The notes beneath the pieces are model-generated. The model saw only the letters and a program-made list of their open reading frames with translations, did no database searches and was not told the origin of the DNA. A stretch of 64,000 nucleotides of DNA from an uncultured candidatus Porisulfidus sp. (GTDB lineage: Bacteria; Pseudomonadota; Gammaproteobacteria; Poriferisulfidales; Oxydemutatoraceae): contig OY843752.1 in NCBI GenBank assembly GCA_963693105.1, positions 613,789 to 677,788 on the forward strand, read 5' to 3'. Made by a program: the position numbers and the translations under genes. Shown in pieces: positions 46,433 to 56,867 of this stretch. Within the stretch, counting starts at the first letter, position 1; each line of letters begins with the position of its first letter.

Positions 46433-48652
46433 ATGGCATCAAAATCGAAACGGAAGTCCGGAAAAGGACGCAAAAGAAAGCCGGTGCAACAGCCCGCCGC
46501 CGCGGGCGCGTCCAACGGCTCACCGCAAGAAAACCGTTCGGCAAACGGGTCGGCGTCGGACCGTCGCCCGAACCCGGTGCAAAACAACAAGACAGCGACG
46601 CACACTGTCAGCACCCATGCCCTGATGAGCGATGCCAGCATTCCCTACTGCTGGGCGTTCGGCATCTTTTTCGGCTTGACGGCAATTGTTTCACCCTACG
46701 GCCAGACGGTCAACGGTTTCAATCCTGATCTCCACATGGCCGGCTACCTGCAGGTGGGCGGGCTGGTGTTCATTCTGGTTTACCTGTTTCACTATCTGCA
46801 GCGCGCGCACAATGTGCTTTATATGCCGCGCACTCCCATGATATGGGTGGTATTCGCGCTTTATCTGTGGATGTTGATATCGCTGTTGTGGGCGCACAAC
46901 TCCTACGAGGCTTTTGTGAAGATTCTCGACTGGGGCGCCGCGATTTGTATTTTCGTGCTTTCCCTGCTGCTGATTCGGGACAGCCGCACGTTTTTCCCCG
47001 TTCTGCTGTGTTTTTACCTGGGCGGTCTTGCCGTTTCCCTGCTCGGAGTGGGCCAGTACCTGTTGGCGGTGGACTGGGTTCAGCAGCATCAGGCGCCGGC
47101 AGCCACGTTTGGCAATAAAAACATGGCGGGTGAGTACCTTGTGCTGGTGGCGCCGCTGGGTTTTTGTTTCCTTCTGAACAGCCGCCACAAGATCGCGCCA
47201 TGGCTTTACGCGTTGAGCGGTTCTTTTATCATCGCCTACCTGTTTTACGGTCGCACCCGCGCTTCGTGGATTTCCTTCATAGCCGAAGTGTTGCTTCTGG
47301 CGGGATTTTTCCTGTATTTCAAATTCAGGCACGGTTACAAGCCGCACTGGAACCGCAACAAAACGTATGCGTTTATCGCCTCGCTTGTTTTCCTCTTTGC
47401 GCTTGTGAACATGCATCCGGGCATGTTCAGCGACGGGACTCTCGGTATTGACTCGAGAATCAATCCGTCTGCGGGAACGACCAAGGCGGAATCACTCACC
47501 GGAACGTTGAAAGCCGCTCTGGGAGGGTTCGAGTCGAGCCGGAGTCAGCGCTACACCATGTGGCTCAACTCGCTTGCAATGTACAAGGACCACTGGTTGC
47601 TGGGAACGGGAATCGGCAACTGGATGGTTTATTACCCGGCCTATCAGATTGCCGTGGAAGTTGACCATATGCTGACCGGCAACCTGTACCATATCAATGC
47701 GCACAATGATTACATAGAATTTTTGTCCGAACTCGGTCTTGTCGGCGGTCTCATGATGCTCGTGCTGGTCTTCTTCATATTGCGGACGATTGGCCGTGTT
47801 GCGGCGAGTCGCGGTATCTCGGATGAAAATCGCGTCTTCGGCATTGCGGCGGGTATCAGTATTCTGGGAATCAGCGCCAACGCCACTTTCAGTTTCCCCC
47901 TCCAGCAGCCCGTGACGATTGCGATGTTCCTGTTCTATCTGGCCTTGATTGTCGTGGTTTCCAACACCCTGAACGAAGACGACCGGGACATGTATTCGCT
48001 TCGATTGCCGGCCCCGATTTACAAAATTTTCTTTATTGCGCTGATTGGCGTGGCGGCGACCTTTTTGTCTTTCATGCACTATCAGTGGTACTTGTCGGAG
48101 GCTCATTACCGCGTGGCGTCGGCTTCGATGAGTCTGGGCAGATACAAAGTGATGGACCAGTACGGCAGAATGGCATTAGAAGAAAACCCGATGCGCACGT
48201 ACCTGAATATCTTCCCGGCCACGTACTACGCGAAACAGTCAAACTATGCAAAAGCCGTCCACCATTTCGAGAAATTGCGCGCCGACTATCCCTGGCGCAT
48301 AGAGATTATGCAGAATCTGGGCGCGTCCTACTTGTACTCGGGCAGGCACGATCAGGCAAGGGAAGTGTTTAATCTGTGGGATAGTATGCAGCCTCACTCC
48401 AGAGGTTTACTCAAGGCCCACGGAATGATGCTGGCGCATGTCGGAGACAGGGAAGCGGCTATCGAGAGGTTGTCCCGGGCAGGAGAGCTGTTCCGGGAAG
48501 CCGTGCAGGACTCGATAGCAAGAGGCGACCAGAAACAGGCGCGTCGCCGGCAAACCAAACTGGAGCAGATTTACCAGGTACTTGCCAGTCTCGGTGTTCG
48601 GCCCGATTCCGGCGCCGCGAGTCCGGCGGCCGCAAAGCAGCCGAGCGGTTAG
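46433..48652 (+). CDS. O-antigen ligase (Wzy_C) domain polytopic membrane protein with C-terminal TPR repeats
   Basis: about 12 TM helices, …YYPAYQ…HAHNDYIEFLSELGLVGG… Wzy_C signature, C-terminal soluble TPR-like domain; Lys/Arg-rich N-terminus. Confidence 0.6.
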   Translation: MASKSKRKSGKGRKRKPVQQPAAAGASNGSPQENRSANGSASDRRPNPVQNNKTATHTVSTHALMSDASIPYCWAFGIFFGLTAIVSPYGQTVNGFNPDLHMAGYLQVGGLVFILVYLFHYLQRAHNVLYMPRTPMIWVVFALYLWMLISLLWAHNSYEAFVKILDWGAAICIFVLSLLLIRDSRTFFPVLLCFYLGGLAVSLLGVGQYLLAVDWVQQHQAPAATFGNKNMAGEYLVLVAPLGFCFLLNSRHKIAPWLYALSGSFIIAYLFYGRTRASWISFIAEVLLLAGFFLYFKFRHGYKPHWNRNKTYAFIASLVFLFALVNMHPGMFSDGTLGIDSRINPSAGTTKAESLTGTLKAALGGFESSRSQRYTMWLNSLAMYKDHWLLGTGIGNWMVYYPAYQIAVEVDHMLTGNLYHINAHNDYIEFLSELGLVGGLMMLVLVFFILRTIGRVAASRGISDENRVFGIAAGISILGISANATFSFPLQQPVTIAMFLFYLALIVVVSNTLNEDDRDMYSLRLPAPIYKIFFIALIGVAATFLSFMHYQWYLSEAHYRVASASMSLGRYKVMDQYGRMALEENPMRTYLNIFPATYYAKQSNYAKAVHHFEKLRADYPWRIEIMQNLGASYLYSGRHDQAREVFNLWDSMQPHSRGLLKAHGMMLAHVGDREAAIERLSRAGELFREAVQDSIARGDQKQARRRQTKLEQIYQVLASLGVRPDSGAASPAAAKQPSG

Positions 48653-48661
48653 GCGGGTGGC

Positions 48662-49516
48662 GTGGCGGACTTTACCCTGGGTGGATTGTCTTCGGGCCTG
48701 TCCGGCGCCGCCGCGGAAAGCCTGAACCGCAGGCTCGGCGTCCTGGCGGCGGTTGTGCTGCTGCCGTTTTGTTTTTACTCGTTGTCGGGTATGTTCTGGG
48801 ACCTGTATTACCCCGACCGTGTCGCCACCGGTTTCGATATCGCCGCGCCGAAAGCCGGCAAGGCGTCGGCGCGCGCGCCGAAAGCGACTTCGTGGGACTG
48901 GTTCACCGTGCGCGAGGCGCCGAAAAAGAAGGTGGTGCCGGCAAAAATCAACGCGCAATTGATGGGTGTGTTCGGTGTCGGCGACGAAGGGGTCGCGATG
49001 ATTTCGGTCAACCGCGGCAAACTACAGAATTTTCGCGTTGGCGATGAAATCACGGACGGCGTAGTCCTGGGGGAACTCGCGCAAAGCCACGTCATCCTGC
49101 TGCGCGGTGAAAGCGAGGAAATACTCGCGATGAAAAAGGCCAACCTGTTCCAGGCGAAGAAGGAAGACGGAATCATCATCGGCACCGGCCCGACCGGCAT
49201 CACCCGCGGTTATGTCCAGAAAATGATACGCGAGCAGCCGCTGCAACTGGCGCAAATGATCAAATTCGAGCCGACAGACACCTCCCGCTACGGGCGCGGC
49301 ATGAAGATTTCCGCGCGCCGCAGTGAAAACGAAAGCATGCTTTACAATATGGGCCTGATTCCTGGAGACATTCTTATAAGAGCCAATGGCAAGAGCATTG
49401 GCCATTTCCAGAAGAATCCGGGCTCATGGAGGCCCTTGCTCCAGGGCGGCAATATCCGCCTGGAGCTGGTAAGAAACGGAACACTACAAAATGTCACGCT
49501 TGAACTCGGCAGATAA
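48662..49516 (+). CDS. gspC: type II secretion system protein C (GTG start; N-terminal TM, C-terminal PDZ)
   Basis: position immediately upstream of gspD; C-terminal …GLIPGDILIRANGKSIG… PDZ domain. Confidence 0.6.
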   Translation: MADFTLGGLSSGLSGAAAESLNRRLGVLAAVVLLPFCFYSLSGMFWDLYYPDRVATGFDIAAPKAGKASARAPKATSWDWFTVREAPKKKVVPAKINAQLMGVFGVGDEGVAMISVNRGKLQNFRVGDEITDGVVLGELAQSHVILLRGESEEILAMKKANLFQAKKEDGIIIGTGPTGITRGYVQKMIREQPLQLAQMIKFEPTDTSRYGRGMKISARRSENESMLYNMGLIPGDILIRANGKSIGHFQKNPGSWRPLLQGGNIRLELVRNGTLQNVTLELGR

Positions 49517-51593
49517 GCCGCCGGCGGCGCCGGCCAACGGGCCGGCATGGCGCTGGCTTTCGGCTGCCGTACTGCTGGCGCTGACGCTGTGGTGGCAGCC
49601 GGTCGCAGTCGAGGCGGCGACGCTCAATTTCCGCGATGTGGACATCCGCCAGATTATCGAAAGCGTGTCCGAACTGACCGGCCGCAACTTTCTGGTGGAC
49701 CCGCGCGTCAAAGGCAAGGTGACCATCGTCGCGGCGTCCGAGGTGCCGGACAACGCCGTCTATGACATTCTGCTGACGGTGTTGGGGATGCACGGTTTTC
49801 GCACGGTGGATGCCGGCAACGGCCTGACCCGTGTCGTTCCGGCCAACGCCGCCGCGCGCTTTTCGCCGCTCGATGTGCCGGAGGGCCTGACCACTGAAAT
49901 TCTCAAGATTGATCATCTGAACGCCGCCGGCATCGTGCCGATGGTGCGCCCGCTGATGACCGGCGAGGCGCAGGTCACGGTACACAAGGAAACCAACAGC
50001 ATCATCGTCACCGAACTCGAAGCCAACCTGGAGAGAGTCAAGAGCATCATCGCCTCGCTCGACCGCAAGACCCTCGGCGATTACGAAATCATCGAACTGC
50101 AGGAAAGCAAGGCCAAGGATCTCGTCAATCTGGTGCAGCGTGCGCGCAATCAGCAGACCCGGCATCTGGTCGAGGTCATCGCCGACCCCCGCACCAACCG
50201 GATTGTGCTGGTCGGGCAGCCCGAACTGCGCCTGGCGCTGCGCGCGCTGATTGCCGAACTCGACACGCAGCCGACCGCCGCCGACAGCGGCCGCGGCGTG
50301 GTGCGCGTGCTGCACCTGAATTACGCCGACGCCGAGGCGATGAAGGAAATTCTGAAAGGCCTGCTGACCGAGCAATTCCTGGATCTGGCGCAGGAAGGCG
50401 CCGACGTGGATGATAAAAAGACGGACACGAAAGACGACAAGGACGAAGACAAAGACGATGACGATGCCGACGATGACAGCGACGACGACGACGATGATGA
50501 CAAGCGTTACACGGTGCAGGCCGACCCGGCGACTAACGTCCTGATTGTCAGCGGCCCGTCCAACATTGTGCAGGCGATTGAGAGCGTTGTGAAAGAACTC
50601 GACGTGCCGCGTCCGCAGGTGTTCATCGAGGCGATTATCGCGGAGATTTCGCTGAACAAGGCGGCACGGGTGCAGACACAGTTGTCCGGTGGGAGAGTTG
50701 CCAAATCTTTCCGATCCTTTGAAGCTCAAGAAGTAAGAACTAGGAGATTAACGGCATTTCCGGGTGGCGGTGCGGTTTCTGATCTGAGGGGGCTTTTTAC
50801 CGCGTTTGATTTTATCGGGACTCCGAGTGCGGGCACTTTTCTCGGCGGCAGGATAGACAATCTGAGCATCGGCCTGTTCATACAAGCCCTTAGAACCGAT
50901 CAAAACACCAACATCCTGTCGACGCCGTCGGTGATGACGTTGAACAATGAACAGGCGACGATCTCAATCGGCAGTGAAAGATCTTTTAATTTCGGCAATA
51001 TCATTGATCAAGGCGGCACAGTCAGGGCCAATGTCGAACGGCGCAATGTGGACACGGTGCTTGAAGTCACGCCGCAGATTACGAAAGGTGATGTCGTGCG
51101 CCTTGAAATCAAGCAGACAGTCAAGAGGGTCGAGGATGTTCCCGGCGAAACCGCCGACGCCGATCCTGTCTTCAGACGTGAAATTGAGACCGATGTCGTC
51201 GTCAACGACAAGGAAGTGGTCATTCTCGGCGGCCTGATTGAGGAGCAACGCAGCGACTCGAAAAACAAGGTGCCGCTACTGGGCGACATCCCGGTGATTG
51301 GCTGGTTCTTCAAGGGGCGCACGAGCAACCGCGACAAGACCAACTTGATGATATTCATCCGCCCGACGATTTTCCGCGAGCCAAACAAGGCCAGCGAAGA
51401 GGCGGTGAACCGCTACGTTCAACTGCGCCTGGATCAGCTTGAAAACCTGAAGACGGTGGACAGCCTGCTGAGCGAAGAGGAAAGATCCATGCTGCTGCCG
51501 GTGCTTGAGAAAGAGAAGGCGACCAAGCGCAAGCCCAAAAAGCGCAAAAAGCGCAAGCCCAAAACCCGCCGCTACGAAGACAGCCCGCAGTAA
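49491..51593 (+). CDS. gspD: type II secretion system secretin GspD with an Asp/Lys-rich low-complexity insertion
   Basis: N0-N3 domains, C-terminal secretin motif …VPLLGDIPVIGWFFKG…; insertion …DDKKTDTKDDKDEDKDDDDADDDSDDDDDDDK…. Confidence 0.85.
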   Translation: MSRLNSADKPPAAPANGPAWRWLSAAVLLALTLWWQPVAVEAATLNFRDVDIRQIIESVSELTGRNFLVDPRVKGKVTIVAASEVPDNAVYDILLTVLGMHGFRTVDAGNGLTRVVPANAAARFSPLDVPEGLTTEILKIDHLNAAGIVPMVRPLMTGEAQVTVHKETNSIIVTELEANLERVKSIIASLDRKTLGDYEIIELQESKAKDLVNLVQRARNQQTRHLVEVIADPRTNRIVLVGQPELRLALRALIAELDTQPTAADSGRGVVRVLHLNYADAEAMKEILKGLLTEQFLDLAQEGADVDDKKTDTKDDKDEDKDDDDADDDSDDDDDDDKRYTVQADPATNVLIVSGPSNIVQAIESVVKELDVPRPQVFIEAIIAEISLNKAARVQTQLSGGRVAKSFRSFEAQEVRTRRLTAFPGGGAVSDLRGLFTAFDFIGTPSAGTFLGGRIDNLSIGLFIQALRTDQNTNILSTPSVMTLNNEQATISIGSERSFNFGNIIDQGGTVRANVERRNVDTVLEVTPQITKGDVVRLEIKQTVKRVEDVPGETADADPVFRREIETDVVVNDKEVVILGGLIEEQRSDSKNKVPLLGDIPVIGWFFKGRTSNRDKTNLMIFIRPTIFREPNKASEEAVNRYVQLRLDQLENLKTVDSLLSEEERSMLLPVLEKEKATKRKPKKRKKRKPKTRRYEDSPQ

Positions 51594-51613
51594 CAACCAG
51601 CGACGGGCCGGCC

Positions 51614-53431
51614 ATGTACCAATCCTATTTCAATTTCTCGGAAGCCCCGTTCACGATTTCGCCCAACCCGCGGTTTCTGTACTTGAGCGAGCGCCACCGT
51701 GAGGCGCTGGCGCATTTGCAATACGGCTTGCAGGAAAACGGCGGCTTCATCCTGCTGACCGGCGAGGTCGGCACCGGCAAGACCACCGTCTGGCGGTGTC
51801 TCGCCAGCCAGATTCCCGACAACGTTCACCTGGCCGTTGTTCTCAATCCGCGCCTGACCGAGACCGATCTGGTCGAGTCCATCTGCGATGAATTCGGCGT
51901 GGCGTACGAGGCCGGTTGCGGCCTCAAGCGGCTGGTGGACGCGCTCAACCGCCATCTGCTCAAACTGCACGAGCGCGGCGAACGCGCGGTGCTCATCGTC
52001 GAGGAAGCGCAAAACCTCGGGGCCGCCCTGCTTGAACAGTTGCGCCTGCTGACGAACCTCGAAACCGACGAGAGCAAACTGTTGCAGATTGTCCTGATAG
52101 GCCAGCCCGAGTTGCTCGACAAAATTGACAGCCCGGATCTGCGCCAGTTACGCCAGCGCGTCACCGCGCGTTTTCATCTGACCTCGCTCGACGCCGCCGA
52201 AGTGCGCGCCTACATCACCCATCGCCTCAGTATCGTCGGCGCCGGCCCCGGCCTGTTCACCGACCGGTCACTGTTGCGTCTGGCGAAACGCAGCGGCGGC
52301 ATTCCGCGCCTGATCAACCTGATTTGCGACCGTGCGTTGTTAGGCTGCTTTTCCGAAAACAAGAACCGGGTGGATACACGTATTCTCGAACAGGCGTCGC
52401 GCGAAGTGCTGGGAGAAAAGACGCGCAAAGCGCAGGCCCGTGCGCCGGTCGGCGCACCGACTGCGCGCACGGGACTGGCCGCAGCAGGCCTCGCGCTGCT
52501 TGCCATCGGCATCTGGTTTTACGGCGGCCCGCGCCCCGGGTCGCCCGATGCCTCCGCACCGCCGCCGGTCCAGGCGCAAGGCCCTGCAATGAAAGGCGCG
52601 GTGGCGAACGACGAAACCCTGCTTGCCGAAGCGCCGCAGGCCGAAGCGTCGCCGCCATCGCCATCGCCGGCATCGCCGCCGATTGCCCACACGTTGTTGT
52701 TGCAGCCGCCCGCCGCCGGTACGCCGGTCACCGCGCCGCCCGCGATGCCGCACGCTCCCGCCGAGCCGGCGGCGCCTGCCGACTGGCGCGACAACGTGAC
52801 CGGGCGCGGCCCGGACAATGGGGCGGACAACGGGCCTTACCGCGCCTTGTTCGGTTTGTGGGACATTGATTTGCCGCGCGAGTTGACCGAATCGCCGTGC
52901 GAGTACGCGCTGCGCCACGGGCTGGACTGCTGGCATCGCCGTGGCGGTCTTGGCAGCATCGAGCGCGCCAACCGCCCGGCACTGCTGAAGATGGTTGCAA
53001 GACGGGACGGACATCCCTTCTACGCGGTGCTGGAAGGTTTCTCCGCAAGCGGGCTGGTGCGGCTCCATCTGGCGGGCGAGAAGATCGCGGTTGCGCGCAA
53101 CGAACTGGACGAGGTGTGGACCGGCGAGTACACCTTGCTGTGGCGCCGTCCGTCCGGCTATCTGAACACGCTTTACCCCGGCGACAAGAACGACACGGTG
53201 CGCTGGGTCGCGCGCCAACTGGCGACGTTGACCGGCGACCGGTCGCTGCTGCAACATGCCACGGTTTACACGGCCGCCCTTGAAAGCCGCATCCGGAATT
53301 TTCAGCGGCACTGCGGGCTTTTCGTGGACGGCCTGGTTGGCAAGGAGACCCTGATCCGGATTCATTCGCTGGTCAGCAAGGCGCCGCTTTTGCGCGACGA
53401 CATTTTGTCGTGCCGTTCGAGGCTGGGGTAA
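51614..53431 (+). CDS. gspA: ExeA/GspA-type AAA ATPase with C-terminal peptidoglycan-binding domain
   Basis: MYQSYFNFSEAPF…LLTGEVGTGKTT… typical ExeA N-terminus; Pro-rich linker; C-terminal PG-binding-like region. Confidence 0.8.
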   Translation: MYQSYFNFSEAPFTISPNPRFLYLSERHREALAHLQYGLQENGGFILLTGEVGTGKTTVWRCLASQIPDNVHLAVVLNPRLTETDLVESICDEFGVAYEAGCGLKRLVDALNRHLLKLHERGERAVLIVEEAQNLGAALLEQLRLLTNLETDESKLLQIVLIGQPELLDKIDSPDLRQLRQRVTARFHLTSLDAAEVRAYITHRLSIVGAGPGLFTDRSLLRLAKRSGGIPRLINLICDRALLGCFSENKNRVDTRILEQASREVLGEKTRKAQARAPVGAPTARTGLAAAGLALLAIGIWFYGGPRPGSPDASAPPPVQAQGPAMKGAVANDETLLAEAPQAEASPPSPSPASPPIAHTLLLQPPAAGTPVTAPPAMPHAPAEPAAPADWRDNVTGRGPDNGADNGPYRALFGLWDIDLPRELTESPCEYALRHGLDCWHRRGGLGSIERANRPALLKMVARRDGHPFYAVLEGFSASGLVRLHLAGEKIAVARNELDEVWTGEYTLLWRRPSGYLNTLYPGDKNDTVRWVARQLATLTGDRSLLQHATVYTAALESRIRNFQRHCGLFVDGLVGKETLIRIHSLVSKAPLLRDDILSCRSRLG

Positions 53432-53435
53432 GCCG

Positions 53436-54179
53436 GTGTCTTACATTCTCTCCGCGTTGAAGAAAGTCGAGCGCAAGCGCCAGAGCGAGCACTTGCCGGA
53501 CCTGCTGTCGATGCAGGTCGAGCACGCATCGGCGGACGCCGACCGCGGCGGCCGTGGCCGCGTGATACTCAAGACCATCGTCGTGACGGGTCTGCTGGTC
53601 GCGGTCGGCGGCTGGTTTTTGTCGCCCGTCTCCGGCGGGCGGACGATGGACTGGCTGGGCGAGCAATGGTCCTCCCTGCCATTTTCGCGGATGGCGCAAC
53701 CGGTGATTTCATCCGGCGAGACGCGCCGTGAAACCGCCGCGCCGGCCCAATCGGTTTACAGGACGGTCGAGGTGCGTGAATTTTCGCCGCCACTCACCGA
53801 TGCCTTCCAACCGCCCGCGAAGTTTCCCGAACCACTCGCCCGCGCCGCGCCGCCCGCGCCGCTGAGACCTTTGCCGCGCACCGCTTCTCCGCCCGCCGCC
53901 GCGGTGCCCGATGCGGCCCTGTCGGCGCGCGCCGCGCCGGTTGATTTCGACAACCTGCCGCCCGACACGCGCCGCCGGATACCGGTGTTTTCGGTTACCG
54001 GCCATTTGTATTCCAACCTGCGCCCGCAGGCCAACAAGGTCATCATCAACGGCGCCGCGTTGCGCGAGGGGCAATACGTCAGCGAGGACCTGATGGTCAG
54101 CGAGATTACCGACAACGGCGTGATCATGGATTTCCGCGGGCTGCATTTCCGCGTCGGCAAGGCGAGGATATTCCAGTAA
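53436..54179 (+). CDS. gspB: ExeB/GspB-like protein
   Basis: MSYILSALKKVERKRQ… N-terminus characteristic of GspB, single TM, Pro-rich periplasmic region; position between gspA and gspE. Confidence 0.55.
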   Translation: MSYILSALKKVERKRQSEHLPDLLSMQVEHASADADRGGRGRVILKTIVVTGLLVAVGGWFLSPVSGGRTMDWLGEQWSSLPFSRMAQPVISSGETRRETAAPAQSVYRTVEVREFSPPLTDAFQPPAKFPEPLARAAPPAPLRPLPRTASPPAAAVPDAALSARAAPVDFDNLPPDTRRRIPVFSVTGHLYSNLRPQANKVIINGAALREGQYVSEDLMVSEITDNGVIMDFRGLHFRVGKARIFQ

Positions 54180-55663
54180 TGGCCGAAGTGAGAGGGGCGC
54201 GGTTGCCGTTCGGCTTCGCCCAGAAGCACGGCCTCTACGTGGGCGAGGGCGACGAGGGCGTGTTGATGCTGTTCTGCCGCTCCGACGTGTCCATGAGCGC
54301 GCTCCAGGAAGTGCGCCGCATGTTCAACCGCGAGTTTTCGCTGCGCATTATGGGAAGCGGCGAGTTCGACCAGGGCCTGCAGAAAACCTACGCCAATCAG
54401 AGCGGCGGCCTGTCTTTCATGAGCGATGTCGAGGACCACGTGATGGGCATGGACGAAGTGGCCGCCGCTTTCGAGGAGCCGGAGGATTTGCTCAAAAGCG
54501 AGGACGACGCGCCGGTCATCAAGATGCTCAACGCGATCTTCTTCGAGGCGATACGCGAGAAATCCTCCGACATACACATCGAACCCTACGAACGCGAACT
54601 GCACATCCGCTTTCGCCTGAACGGCGTATTGCGCACGATGCTGACTTCCTCGGTCAAACTGGCGCCGCTGCTGGTGTCCAGGGTCAAGGTGCTGGCGCGC
54701 CTCGACATCGCCGAGAAACGCCTGCCGCAGGACGGCAGAATCACCGTGCGCCTCGGCGGGCGCAGCGTGGACCTGCGCGTCTCGACGCTGCCGTCGAGTT
54801 ACGGCGAGCGCGTGGTGTTGCGGATACTCGACAAGCAGACCGAGCAGATGCAGCTCGTTCAACTCGGCATGGAGCCGGAACTGCAAAAGCGCTTCCACAG
54901 CATGGTCAACCGTCCGCATGGCATCGTTCTCGTCACCGGCCCGACCGGCTCCGGCAAGACGACGACGCTGTACGCCGCGCTTGCCGAAGTGGACCGCCGC
55001 GAGCGCAACATCATGACCATCGAGGACCCGATCGAGTACGACTTCGAGGGCATCAGCCAGACGCAGGTCAACACCAAGGCCGGCATGACGTTCGCGCGCG
55101 GCCTGCGGGCGATTCTGCGCCAGGACCCCGACGTGGTCCTGATTGGCGAAATCCGCGACAGCGAAACCGCCGACATCGCGGTGCAGGCGAGCCTGACCGG
55201 CCACCTGGTGTTGTCCACGCTGCACACCAACACCGCCCTCGGCGCCTTGACCCGCCTGTGCGACATGGGTGTCGAGCCGTTTCTGCTGACCGCGACGCTG
55301 CAAGGCGCGCTGGCGCAGCGTCTGGTCAGAAAGCTGTGCCCCGAATGTCGCGAACCGTTCGACCCCGACCTGGATGAACTCAAATTCTGGGACGTGGAGC
55401 CGGAAATCTTCAAAGACCAGTCGGTTTACCGCCCCAAAGGCTGCGATGCGTGCCACCACACCGGCTATGTCGGGCGCTTCGGGTTGTTTGATTTTGTCAC
55501 GATGGACGACACGTTGCGGCAGATGATTCACGACGGCGGAACCGAACTCGCCATGGAGAAGCACATTCGCAAGACCCAGCCCAACCTCAGGACCCTCGGT
55601 CTGCAATACGCTTTCTCCGGCGACACTTCGCTTGACGAAGTCCTCGCCGTCACGCTGCACTGA
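54179..55663 (+). CDS. gspE: type II secretion ATPase GspE
   Basis: Walker A GPTGSGKTTT, tetracysteine CPEC…CDAC motif, N1E domain. Confidence 0.9.
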   Translation: MAEVRGARLPFGFAQKHGLYVGEGDEGVLMLFCRSDVSMSALQEVRRMFNREFSLRIMGSGEFDQGLQKTYANQSGGLSFMSDVEDHVMGMDEVAAAFEEPEDLLKSEDDAPVIKMLNAIFFEAIREKSSDIHIEPYERELHIRFRLNGVLRTMLTSSVKLAPLLVSRVKVLARLDIAEKRLPQDGRITVRLGGRSVDLRVSTLPSSYGERVVLRILDKQTEQMQLVQLGMEPELQKRFHSMVNRPHGIVLVTGPTGSGKTTTLYAALAEVDRRERNIMTIEDPIEYDFEGISQTQVNTKAGMTFARGLRAILRQDPDVVLIGEIRDSETADIAVQASLTGHLVLSTLHTNTALGALTRLCDMGVEPFLLTATLQGALAQRLVRKLCPECREPFDPDLDELKFWDVEPEIFKDQSVYRPKGCDACHHTGYVGRFGLFDFVTMDDTLRQMIHDGGTELAMEKHIRKTQPNLRTLGLQYAFSGDTSLDEVLAVTLH

Positions 55664-55667
55664 CAAA

Positions 55668-56867
55668 ATGCAGGCATACAATTATCTGGCCTACGACAGC
55701 GAGGGCAAAACCCGCAAGGGCGTTCTGGAGGCGGATTCAGAGCGCCACCTGCGCCAGCAGCTGCGCGAACAGAGCCTGACGCCGGTGGAAGTCTCGTCGG
55801 TCGGCGCCGCCCGGACGCTGTTTCAATTCCGCCGCCGCCTCGGACGCGGCGATCTGATGCTGATGACGCGCCAGCTGGCAACGTTGATCGGCTCCGGCAT
55901 GCCGCTCGAATCCTGTTTGCGCCTGATGGCGGAGCAGGCCGAGAACGTGCAGATCAAACGGCTGGTGTCGGCAATCCGCAGCCATCTCACGGAAGGCCGC
56001 ACGCTCGCCTACGCATTGCAGAACGCGCCCGCCGCGTTTCCGTCCGATTACATCGCCACCGTGTCGGCGGGCGAGGAAACCGGCCACCTGTCGCAGGTGC
56101 TCGAACGCCTCGCCGACGAGGTCGAGCAGTCGGGGCAGGCGCGCCAGTCGCTGATGACCGCGCTGATCTACCCGCTGCTGATGCTGACGGTGGCGACCGC
56201 CGTCATCATCCTGCTGCTGGTCAACGTCGTGCCGCAGGTGACCCGCGTCTTTGTGCAGATGAACCAGGAACTGCCGCCGCTGACCGCGGGGCTGATTTCC
56301 CTCAGCAACTGGTTGCAGAATTACGGCATCTACCTGCTTGTCTTTTTCACCGGCAGCCTGACCATTTTCCTGCTGATCCTGCGCAACCGCGACGCGCGCG
56401 AACGCTGGCACCACTTCCTGCTGCGGCTGCCGCGCTTCGGCTACTGGCTGGTGGTCGGCAACATCGCCGGCTGGGCGCGCAGTCTCGGCGTCCTGCTTGG
56501 CAGCGGCGTGCCCATCATGGAATCGCTGCGCATCGCCGCCGAACGTGTCGGCAACCTGGCGCTGCGCCGCAACCTGCACGACGTCGCCGAACGTGTGCGC
56601 GAAGGCGACGCCCTGCACCAGGCCCTGCTCAAGGGCAAACGCTTCCCGCCGTTCCTGATTCACATGGTCAGCAGCGGCGAATCCAGCGGCACGCTGGACC
56701 ACATGCTGGTCAAGGTCGCCGACTATTACGACCACAGGATACGCACGTTGGTGGACGCCGGCCTCAAAATGTTTGAGCCGCTATTGGTTATAATAATGGG
56801 CGGCATCGTGCTGCTGATTGTGATGGCGGTGCTGGTGCCGATTATCCAGATGAACCAACTGGTGTGA
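55668..56867 (+). CDS. gspF: type II secretion inner-membrane platform protein GspF
   Basis: two T2SSF repeats; MQAYNYLAYDSEGK… N-terminus. Confidence 0.9.
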   Translation: MQAYNYLAYDSEGKTRKGVLEADSERHLRQQLREQSLTPVEVSSVGAARTLFQFRRRLGRGDLMLMTRQLATLIGSGMPLESCLRLMAEQAENVQIKRLVSAIRSHLTEGRTLAYALQNAPAAFPSDYIATVSAGEETGHLSQVLERLADEVEQSGQARQSLMTALIYPLLMLTVATAVIILLLVNVVPQVTRVFVQMNQELPPLTAGLISLSNWLQNYGIYLLVFFTGSLTIFLLILRNRDARERWHHFLLRLPRFGYWLVVGNIAGWARSLGVLLGSGVPIMESLRIAAERVGNLALRRNLHDVAERVREGDALHQALLKGKRFPPFLIHMVSSGESSGTLDHMLVKVADYYDHRIRTLVDAGLKMFEPLLVIIMGGIVLLIVMAVLVPIIQMNQLV

